The notes beneath the pieces are model-generated. The model saw only the letters and a program-made list of their open reading frames with translations, did not search any database and was not told where the DNA came from. This document shows, in pieces, positions 57,448 to 64,000 of a DNA stretch of 64,000 nt (positions are counted from its first letter, which is position 1; the number at the start of each line of letters is the position of its first letter). A program made the position numbers and the translations under genes. This stretch comes from a virus: IMG/VR virus record IMGVR_UViG_3300036761_001135, positions 96,001-160,000 of that record; one strand, written 5' to 3'.

Positions 57448-58323
57448 ATGGAAGAGAGTCAGTTGGTACAGGCGTTTGAGTTTGATGGTCATCGGGTGCG
57501 TGTGCAGATGTTCGATGGGGAGCCCTGGTGGGTGGCTTCTAACGTGTTGGTGGCGCTTGGGCATAATGACAACGTCGATGTTCTGAGTGCCTTGGCGGAG
57601 GTGCCATACGAGTGGAAGGGTAATAAGCCGTTTGCGCTTCTTTTCGGAGTGGATGAACTTCCAGCGCTTTCCGAGCATGGTCTTTACGTCCTTTTGGCTC
57701 GGAGCATTATGCCGGCGGCTATCCCGTTTCATAAGTGGATTGCCAGTGAAGTGTTGCCACAGATTCGGAAGACGGGTCGGTACAGTGATTCGAAGACCCC
57801 GGTCGAGTCTCTTTTGGACGCTGTGCAGAACCTCGTGGATCACGAGCGTCGTATGCGGGAGCTGGAAGCCGAGCACTTTCGGGTTAGGTCTGCCCAGCAG
57901 GTCATTGCGAAGCGAGTAGGTGACTTGGCACGTCGTGCGGCAGAGGGTGCTGCGATGATCCTAGCGCCACCGGAGCAGGCTGAGGAGCTGGCAGTGGAGC
58001 CTGTCAAGGAGCCGGTAGTGGATCCTCCCGTGCTTGGTGTGTGTGAGGTGCCATTGAGGGAGCGTATTAATCAGATTGTCCAGAGGTACATTGATGCTCG
58101 CGGGCTCAGCAATGAGGAAGCAGGGATGGTCTGGAGTAAATTGTATAGTGAGTTTCGAACGCGGCATGGAATCGATCTAGTTCGAAGGGCTAAGAACCGA
58201 GGACACAAGGTTTCTGGGTTAGATATCGTCGAGGAATTAGACAGAGTGAAATATCCGGGATCTTTTTCGGATCTTTACATTGTGTCTCGTGATTTGTACG
58301 GATTTCGTGCAGATTCCAAGTAA
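57448..58323 (+). CDS. BRO-N family antirepressor-like protein
   Basis: FEFDGHRVR...GEPWWVA..V..ALG, SE.GLY....RS and F.KWI..EVLP.IRKTG.Y; SD GGAGGTG. Confidence 0.9.
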   Translation: MEESQLVQAFEFDGHRVRVQMFDGEPWWVASNVLVALGHNDNVDVLSALAEVPYEWKGNKPFALLFGVDELPALSEHGLYVLLARSIMPAAIPFHKWIASEVLPQIRKTGRYSDSKTPVESLLDAVQNLVDHERRMRELEAEHFRVRSAQQVIAKRVGDLARRAAEGAAMILAPPEQAEELAVEPVKEPVVDPPVLGVCEVPLRERINQIVQRYIDARGLSNEEAGMVWSKLYSEFRTRHGIDLVRRAKNRGHKVSGLDIVEELDRVKYPGSFSDLYIVSRDLYGFRADSK

Positions 58324-58485
58324 TCAGCAGCGGATTTTCGTATGTGCGTTTGATACTGGTGAATCTCCATGTGGCGGATTGTGATTCGTGAGGATTTCTT
58401 GCTGATTTTAACGAATTAGCAACGGATTTCTATATGTGATTTTGCTGTTGTGGTAGGGTTCTAAATCGGTCGGTTACCCAACGGT

Positions 58486-58516
58486 GCCTCGGCGCAATGG
58501 TGCGCCGGGGCTTTTT
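58486..58516 (+). terminator. Intrinsic terminator
   Basis: GCCTCGGCGCA-ATGG-TGCGCCGGGGC-TTTTT. Confidence 0.75.
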
Positions 58517-58602
58517 ATTTTACGGGGTAGTTTCGTGGCATTAGACGAAGGGGAATTGATCGGTTGAACAACCTTGTTGGCAGGTGATATAGAAGCGTGG
58601 GC

Positions 58603-58640
58603 AAAAAAAAAGGCCGTCCAGTGAGGCAAACCGGACGGCC
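58603..58640 (-). terminator. Intrinsic terminator for a minus-strand transcript
   Basis: GGCCGTCC/GGACGGCC stem preceded by A9 on the + strand. Confidence 0.6.
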
Positions 58641-58654
58641 TAAAACGAAAGGAC

Positions 58655-60115
58655 GTGACGTGCATGGATAGCAATGGAACCAGTTTGAGGCAAGAGGGAA
58701 CGAACAAGGGCAGTGCGAAACTGGCGGAGCGGATCGTCGATACGTTGAATCTGGGACAGTACGGCGTCACGTACCGTGTGGAGGACGGCCAGCGGTGGTG
58801 GAATTTACGGGAGATGTTGCGACACCTCGGATACACGCTCGATTACAATCCTCCGCATGTGGAGGTGGTCCACAAGCGGTTCTTTACCATCGAGACAAGC
58901 AGGGGCCAGCAGTCCCGTGTTTACCTGTCTGATTCCGGCATGATCCGGTTCCTGGTGCGGTCAGACAAGAAGAGTGCCCAGTCATTCCGCTACCAGATCG
59001 CGGAAGCCCAGGTGGTCGTCCCGCAGGTACCAGTCGAGCCAGCTCCGCAGGCACAGCCGAGATCCGTCCCACAGGAGCCCGCTGCACCAGCAGCGCCACG
59101 GGTAGCCGAATCTGAGAGGGTACTCGATCCCGTCGATTTCCATGGGCAGAGACTGACCCTCGTGGATCGGAGGGGCGAACCCTACGTGGCGATGCGGCCG
59201 ATTGTCGAGGGTATGGGGTTGGACTGGAAGGGCCAGCATGCGAAATTGACCAGTGAAACGAGTCGTTTCTGCGTGGAGATGATCACCATGCAGCTTTTTG
59301 GGGATTCGCAAGTGCGCGAATTTACTTGTATCCCATTGCAAAAGCTGGCTGGGTGGTTGATGACCTTGCAACCGTCGCGGATGGATATGTTCATGGCCGA
59401 CAAGGTGCGCATGTACCAGAATGAGTGCGACACCGCCCTTTGGAACTACTGGACGAGGGGGGCGGCTGTGAATCCGCGTGCGCAGGTCTCGGATGACCCG
59501 ACGAAGATGGGGTTGCCGGACTTTCGCGATCCGCGTGCGGCTGCCGTGGGGTGGATCGAGCAATACGACCGGGCGGTGGCGGCAGAGCTGGAGGCGCGAG
59601 CGGCCAAGGAGCGAGCGCACCTCCTCGCGGCCAAGATGGCGGAGGACGCCCCATTGGTGGACTTCGCGGAGCGCGTGGAAGCCTCCCCGACGACGCATCT
59701 GGTGGGGGCCGTGGCCAAGATGATCCAGCAGGGCACGGGGCTGTCGATGGGGCAGAACCGGCTGTTCGAGTGGTTGCGCGAGAACCGCTACCTGCATCAG
59801 ACGGGGAGCCGCACGAATCAGCCGACCCAGCGCAGCCTGGACCAGGGCTGGTTCATGTTGCAGGTGAGAAACGTGGACATCGGGCACGAGACCCGCGTGA
59901 AGTACACGACTCGCGTCACGGGCAAGGGGCTCATGCACTTCTACGAGCAGTTCTACCGGACGGCCATCGAGCTGGGGCTCAAGCCGCGAGTGCGACCGGA
60001 GCTGGTTACGTCGGCGGAGGTGTTGCGCCAACTGCCACTTTGGGCCGACGAGGACAGCGACCGAGTGGACGAGGATCTGATCAAGGAGGCCAAGCGGCTG
60101 GATCCGAAGCCCTAG
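58655..60115 (+). CDS. Phage antirepressor (BRO-like + P22 AR N-terminal + KilAC/ANT domains)
   Basis: FHG..L......PYVAMRPIVEGMGLDW..Q..KL and P.VDFA..V..VAK..GQNRLFEWLR..PTQRS..TRVTGKG. Confidence 0.9.
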   Translation: MTCMDSNGTSLRQEGTNKGSAKLAERIVDTLNLGQYGVTYRVEDGQRWWNLREMLRHLGYTLDYNPPHVEVVHKRFFTIETSRGQQSRVYLSDSGMIRFLVRSDKKSAQSFRYQIAEAQVVVPQVPVEPAPQAQPRSVPQEPAAPAAPRVAESERVLDPVDFHGQRLTLVDRRGEPYVAMRPIVEGMGLDWKGQHAKLTSETSRFCVEMITMQLFGDSQVREFTCIPLQKLAGWLMTLQPSRMDMFMADKVRMYQNECDTALWNYWTRGAAVNPRAQVSDDPTKMGLPDFRDPRAAAVGWIEQYDRAVAAELEARAAKERAHLLAAKMAEDAPLVDFAERVEASPTTHLVGAVAKMIQQGTGLSMGQNRLFEWLRENRYLHQTGSRTNQPTQRSLDQGWFMLQVRNVDIGHETRVKYTTRVTGKGLMHFYEQFYRTAIELGLKPRVRPELVTSAEVLRQLPLWADEDSDRVDEDLIKEAKRLDPKP

Positions 60116-60151
60116 CAGACGTCTGGAAGTCTGGAAGTCTGTGGTCGGAAC

Positions 60152-60167
60152 GCGAACCCGGGTTCGT
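60152..60167. repeat. 16-bp palindrome, copy 13 (GCGAACCCGGGTTCGT)
   Basis: 3 nt upstream of a -35 box. Confidence 0.9.
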
Positions 60168-60170
60168 TTG

Positions 60171-60199
60171 TTGACAAACGCGGATCGGGTGGCTAGATT
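60171..60199 (+). promoter_or_regulatory. sigma70-like promoter
   Basis: TTGACA-N17-TAGATT. Confidence 0.75.
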
Positions 60200-60241
60200 G
60201 AGAGGCAAGATGGCGGGCGCGATGCTCGCCGGGAGGTGTCC

Positions 60242-60526
60242 ATGGAAATCAAGAAGCTCAACCGCGTTGATGACGAACCTTTGCGCCAAGCGATCCTAGA
60301 CGAGATCATGCAGGCGATCACGGTCCGCGTGGTCGCTGGGGTGGTCCATCTTGAGTCCCTGCGTGGTCTGGCCACGGTGGCGACTGCTGGCAGCATCGTG
60401 ACCATAGAGTACCGGGGCAAGGCGTCGGGGGTGGCGTACCAGTTTTGGATGGACAAGGAACATGCTTCCGTTCGGGCGCTCGGGGCGCAGTTGCGTCGCC
60501 TCCGGGACGCGCAGCGGGCGGCGTAG
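60242..60526 (+). CDS. Hypothetical protein
   Basis: SD GGAGGTG before ATG 60242. Confidence 0.6.
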   Translation: MEIKKLNRVDDEPLRQAILDEIMQAITVRVVAGVVHLESLRGLATVATAGSIVTIEYRGKASGVAYQFWMDKEHASVRALGAQLRRLRDAQRAA

Positions 60527-60536
60527 AAAGGCAACT

Positions 60537-60824
60537 ATGATGAACCCAAACAATTTGAAGGGACCGCTTGTTCACCTCAACGGAACGAGCGCGGGTGAGC
60601 TGGATGAGCAGATGCGTGCGTGCCGTGACACGCTGCGGGCTGCTTTGTTCGCATTGCACCTCGCCGCGCCCAACGCGAGGGACTACTATCCTCTTGGCGA
60701 CAATGCGTTCGCGGAGGCGCAGGCCCGTCATGCGAGCCGAATCATGGCGATGAGGGCCGTTTACAATGAATGCTGTGCGATTTTTATAGAGATCGTCGAA
60801 CAGAAAGAATCTAGGGCGCGGTGA
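60537..60824 (+). CDS. Hypothetical protein
   Basis: P.VHLNGTS..L and PNARDYYP pattern. Confidence 0.65.
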   Translation: MMNPNNLKGPLVHLNGTSAGELDEQMRACRDTLRAALFALHLAAPNARDYYPLGDNAFAEAQARHASRIMAMRAVYNECCAIFIEIVEQKESRAR

Positions 60825-60872
60825 AGGATGGCGTTACACTGTACTGGGGAGGGGGTGTAGGAAGGATAGGAG

Positions 60873-61067
60873 ATGGAGACGGGGAAGGGTGGCCGCGAGC
60901 TAGAAACCTGTGAGATGAATTTACTTTGGTTTCGCCTACGGGGTCGGAAGGTGCTCAACCATTACGACGTGCAGATGTGCGTGCGCCAGGCAGAGCGCGC
61001 ACGGATGGACCAGAACAGCTTGGCTTTTTGGGATGAGATCAGCGGCATAGAATTGACAGACGGTTGA
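60873..61067 (+). CDS. Hypothetical protein
   Basis: AGGAG upstream; short ORF. Confidence 0.4.
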   Translation: METGKGGRELETCEMNLLWFRLRGRKVLNHYDVQMCVRQAERARMDQNSLAFWDEISGIELTDG

Positions 61068-61093
61068 CAAACGCTTGAATGGCTGGGAATACT
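61064..61093 (+). promoter_or_regulatory. sigma70-like promoter
   Basis: TTGACA(AACG)-N18-AATACT. Confidence 0.5.
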
Positions 61094-61109
61094 CTCCGCA
61101 GGAGGGACT

Positions 61110-61727
61110 TTGGAAAATTCAGATGTTTTTTGTACCCCGGGCGTAGGCGTTTTCACTGTCAATGCGAATGACGTAGTAGACGAGGCCCGCCTGCGGCAGG
61201 AATGGCAAACTCCGCGCGTGTTCTTGGCGGCTCTAGCGCGTGAGTTCTGCATCGACATTGATGTCGCGTCGAGTGACGACAACGCCGTGGTTCCTCGCCA
61301 TATCACCTGGGAACAAGATGGGCTGGTACAGTCGTGGTTTGCACAGGCACCAGAGGACGTTCGTGGTCGCCCTCGCGTGGCATGGTGCAACCCTGGCTTC
61401 AAGGATCTTGGCGCGTGGATGTCGAAGGCCGTGCGTGAGGTGGACGCTCATCCGGGGTGCGTAGCGCTTGTCATGGGCACGGCAGCACCATCTACGGCCT
61501 GGTGGGCGCGAGCGATTGCGGCGGGTGCAGAGATCCGTCTGCTTGCTCCGCGTGTGCAGTTCATGGCCCCTCCGGGTATCAAGCAGTCGAGCAATGCGCG
61601 AGAGAACGCGCTGGTCATCATTCGGAGCCAAGTGGGCGGCAACTCGATCCTTCGAGAGCGTCGTTCTCATATTTGGACATGGCGGTGGGATGCAGAGGCA
61701 GTTCTCACCAATGGAGAAGAGTCATGA
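61110..61727 (+). CDS. Phage DNA N6-adenine methyltransferase (Dam, T1/lambdoid type)
   Basis: EWQTP..F, IDVAS..DNA, DGL.QSW, WCNPGF, W..KA and ST.WW; SD AGGAGG with a TTG start. Confidence 0.8.
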   Translation: MENSDVFCTPGVGVFTVNANDVVDEARLRQEWQTPRVFLAALAREFCIDIDVASSDDNAVVPRHITWEQDGLVQSWFAQAPEDVRGRPRVAWCNPGFKDLGAWMSKAVREVDAHPGCVALVMGTAAPSTAWWARAIAAGAEIRLLAPRVQFMAPPGIKQSSNARENALVIIRSQVGGNSILRERRSHIWTWRWDAEAVLTNGEES

Positions 61728-62083
61728 AAGAGTTGATCATCAGCGGTGGAAGTGACGACCTGATCGAAATCGGTGGGTGCATCTCGGACGAATTCGCAGC
61801 CAACGTCGGATCGCAGGAGGAGCTTGGCGAGGTGATCGACATGTACGTTGGATGCAAGCAGGTGGCCTGCGTCCACTGCTTCTACGACGGCTGCTGGTTT
61901 TTCGGGTTCGTCGGGACGGACGACACCGAGGACGGTGACCGCGTGACCATGCCGGAGGGTTGGAAAGTTGAGGTGCGTGCGTGTGGCGACCGAGAGGGTG
62001 GCATCGCTCCGTACTCCATGAGCGTTCACATCTTCATGCCAGACGACTGCGATGTCAGCGTGGTGCAGCGCCAGGCAGATTAG
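61724..62083 (+). CDS. Hypothetical acidic protein
   Basis: G.SDDLIEI.G motif; ATGA overlap. Confidence 0.65.
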   Translation: MKELIISGGSDDLIEIGGCISDEFAANVGSQEELGEVIDMYVGCKQVACVHCFYDGCWFFGFVGTDDTEDGDRVTMPEGWKVEVRACGDREGGIAPYSMSVHIFMPDDCDVSVVQRQAD

Positions 62084-62084
62084 G

Positions 62085-62348
62085 ATGCCCGAGCACCATC
62101 GTATGGCTCGCCTGTCGGCAGTGAAGCGCAACGAGCGCGACCGACTGGTTCAGCAGATCTTGGATGCGTCGAAGGCGCTGTACGAATACAAGCTGCTTCG
62201 CAATTGCGATCTTGTCGTGGACCAAGACGACCTCGGACCAACGGAAGCGCGCACTGGAAACCCGACTGACAATATGTTCTATTCGAATAATCGGAGCTGC
62301 GACGTGCGCGTTAGTGTCACATTGGTGGTGCGCGCCATAGATCGCTGA
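62085..62348 (+). CDS. Hypothetical protein
   Basis: Fills the gap on the coding strand. Confidence 0.5.
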   Translation: MPEHHRMARLSAVKRNERDRLVQQILDASKALYEYKLLRNCDLVVDQDDLGPTEARTGNPTDNMFYSNNRSCDVRVSVTLVVRAIDR

Positions 62349-62353
62349 ACACC

Positions 62354-62728
62354 ATGGACGAAGACAACATCATCACGTTGAGAGACATCAAGGACCAAAT
62401 CCGGGCGCGAGAAGAGGAGCTGGAGAAACTTCATGGGGAACTAGATGCGCAGCATGTTGCAGGAAGAATCCAGGCTCGTGAGGAGGCGCTCGAACGGCTG
62501 TGCATAGCGCTCCAATATTTGCAAAACTCGATGGCCGAGGTGAAGGCCACGCGGGCTCGATTGGATATGGAGCGGGGGATTATGATGCGCGAGTTGCGGG
62601 AGTCCCGTGCGCGAGCTGAAGAGCTGGACGCAGAGCTGCGGAGCGTGCGGTTGGCCCACCGAGAAGTTGAACGACAGATGGAATCCGATGACGACGACAC
62701 TGACCCAACGCCTTCGGGCGCTCGCTGA
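62354..62728 (+). CDS. Coiled-coil hypothetical protein
   Basis: Heptad pattern. Confidence 0.55.
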   Translation: MDEDNIITLRDIKDQIRAREEELEKLHGELDAQHVAGRIQAREEALERLCIALQYLQNSMAEVKATRARLDMERGIMMRELRESRARAEELDAELRSVRLAHREVERQMESDDDDTDPTPSGAR

Positions 62729-63140
62729 ACACCCCTCCACCCCGCCCGAGGAGCGCGACAATGCCATGCGGCGATTGGCAGAGCTGGGGGCCAAGTCGCC
62801 ACCACCGTCGCCGGCTGCACCAACAGTGCGCGAGAAGCTGGGACGTGTCCGGGCGAGGCCCGTGGTCCGAGTGCTTCCAGTGCGCTGGCCCTTCGGCTGG
62901 GAAGGTCCGCGACTTCCTGTGGAGCGCGAGATCGGAAGCGATGGGCGCGGCGGGATCGCCGTGGGCTGGAAGTGCCCGGCTTGCGGTGGACAAGTCGAGC
63001 GGCGTCTGTCGCGTGCGGATCTCACTCGCATGTCGCCACCTGGACGAAAGAGCAGTGTTGAGTCGCAGATCACTCACATGGTAGATGGGACGATGAACCA
63101 GCTCTGCATGACGTGCTGGGATCGTTGGGAAGCGCTCTGA
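62688..63140 (+). CDS. DUF2786-like N-terminus plus zinc-finger protein
   Basis: LRALAEHPSTPPEE..NA; CPAC..CMTC. Confidence 0.5.
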   Translation: MTTTLTQRLRALAEHPSTPPEERDNAMRRLAELGAKSPPPSPAAPTVREKLGRVRARPVVRVLPVRWPFGWEGPRLPVEREIGSDGRGGIAVGWKCPACGGQVERRLSRADLTRMSPPGRKSSVESQITHMVDGTMNQLCMTCWDRWEAL

Positions 63141-63141
63141 C

Positions 63142-63157
63142 ACGAACCTGGGTTCGC
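63142..63157. repeat. 16-bp palindrome, copy 14 (ACGAACCTGGGTTCGC)
   Basis: 1 nt after a stop codon and 14 nt upstream of a -35 box. Confidence 0.9.
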
Positions 63158-63171
63158 GTGTCGATTCACGG

Positions 63172-63199
63172 TTGACAAACGCGACAGGCTGGTTAAATT
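63172..63199 (+). promoter_or_regulatory. sigma70-like promoter
   Basis: TTGACA-N16-TAAATT. Confidence 0.65.
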
Positions 63200-63253
63200 C
63201 ATAGGCGAGGGCGAGATGCCTGGCAACGGATGCCGGGTGCCCAAGGAGGAACC

Positions 63254-63676
63254 ATGTACCTTCATTCCTGCAAGCCGAACTCGAAGCGCGATGCCAGCAA
63301 GGACCGCAACGGCCAGAGCAATATCGTGGCACTCTTCCGCCGCACGCGGAAGGGCCAGAAGCAGATCGCTTCCGGCCAAGAGCTTGGCGTGGAAGGCGTG
63401 AACGGATCGGACTACTACGAGATCCGCATCGGAGTAGACGGAGTGCTCTACTGCTCGTGCCCGGATTACAAGTTTCGGGGTCACCGCTGGAACCGAGAGC
63501 ACGCGAGCCACTACGCGTGCAAGCACATCGTCGTGGCGCTCGAACACTTCGCCACGATGGCCCAGCGCGGCGTGGCCATGGACAGCGAGATGATCGTCTA
63601 TCGTCCCGAAGTGCTTGTCGCCGAGGCCGCTCGCCTCTCCGCCGCCGCCGCCGCCGCTTCAGAGAGGACCGCATGA
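63254..63676 (+). CDS. SWIM zinc-finger protein
   Basis: YCSCPDY..ACKHI; SD AAGGAGG. Confidence 0.85.
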   Translation: MYLHSCKPNSKRDASKDRNGQSNIVALFRRTRKGQKQIASGQELGVEGVNGSDYYEIRIGVDGVLYCSCPDYKFRGHRWNREHASHYACKHIVVALEHFATMAQRGVAMDSEMIVYRPEVLVAEAARLSAAAAAASERTA

Positions 63677-63828
63677 AAAAGCGCGGAGATGCGGAGCGGG
63701 CCGCCAAACCCGCGCCTGTGACACGGCTGCCACGTCGCACGAGCCCTCGCCAACTGGCATCGCAGGCAGCTCGCCAGACGGCTGCCTTGGAGGCTGCCAG
63801 GGCGCTGCTTGAGGAGGTCAACCGATGA
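63673..63828 (+). CDS. Small basic hypothetical protein
   Basis: ATGA overlaps at both ends. Confidence 0.45.
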   Translation: MKKRGDAERAAKPAPVTRLPRRTSPRQLASQAARQTAALEAARALLEEVNR

Positions 63829-64000
63829 CCGGGCCAGAGCGCTGCCCCATTTGCGGGGATGCCCTTGAGGCGGGTAGGACCGTGGGGATCGGGGGCTGGA
63901 AGGTCTGTACCCATCATTGGGTACGGATCATGCCCAGCAAGTACGCCTCGCGCTGCCATGAGTGCCTCGGTCCAATCCTGCCCGGCGAGGAGATCGTGTT
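63825..64000 (+). CDS. Cys-rich protein, 3'-truncated by the window edge
   Basis: CPIC..C..H and SKYASRCHEC..I.PGEEI; SD GAGGAGG. Confidence 0.55.
   Translation, partial: MTGPERCPICGDALEAGRTVGIGGWKVCTHHWVRIMPSKYASRCHECLGPILPGEEIV

Noticed and set aside
58982-60289. 435-aa minus-strand ORF (likewise 62580-63959, 18462-19922, 33211-34497 and 43288-44505)
   Set aside because: These are antisense to well-supported + strand genes and have no motifs; such shadow ORFs are expected in GC-rich DNA.
4468-63157. Palindromes as CRISPR repeats, integron attC sites or REP elements
   Set aside because: They are not regularly spaced and there are no cas genes. They are far shorter than attC despite the AAC/GTT cores, and no integrase is present. 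There is no GTAG-type tetranucleotide or RAYT gene.
1-64000. tRNA/rRNA genes and alternative genetic code
   Set aside because: No cloverleaf with T-loop and CCA was recognised by eye (tRNAscan would be decisive). Genes are long and tightly packed under code 11 and use all three stop codons.

Overview
This window is a GC-rich (roughly 60% by eye) segment of a large contractile-tailed (myovirus-type) phage or prophage, with almost all genes on the + strand. 1-41.7 kb is a tail and virion module: the tape measure C-terminus, LysM/gp53-like, hub, spike, gp25, baseplate J and P2 gpI-like wedge genes, a tube-initiator-like gene, and an unusually large set of paralogous fibre/appendage genes, one ending in a peptidase S74 chaperone. 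This module is interrupted by a TnpB-only IS200/IS605 element. 41.8-51.8 kb is a cluster of otherwise unrelated proteins sharing a 10-residue leader, MRxLIxxLEE (12 copies, several internal and in frame). It resembles a capsid-targeting/prohead-protease signal for packaged cargo proteins (ART-like, metallopeptidase-like and unknown domains). SAM decarboxylase lies inside this cluster. 52-64 kb is an early/accessory region with sigma70-like promoters, two antirepressor-family genes, a phage Dam-type methyltransferase, a SWIM protein and an orphan intein N-fragment. A 16-bp palindrome, GCGAACC(CG/TG/CA)GGTTCG(C/T), occurs 14 times, mostly at gene junctions. I saw no rRNA, tRNA, CRISPR array, integrase or reverse transcriptase. 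All family calls come from motif recognition by eye; no database searches were run.
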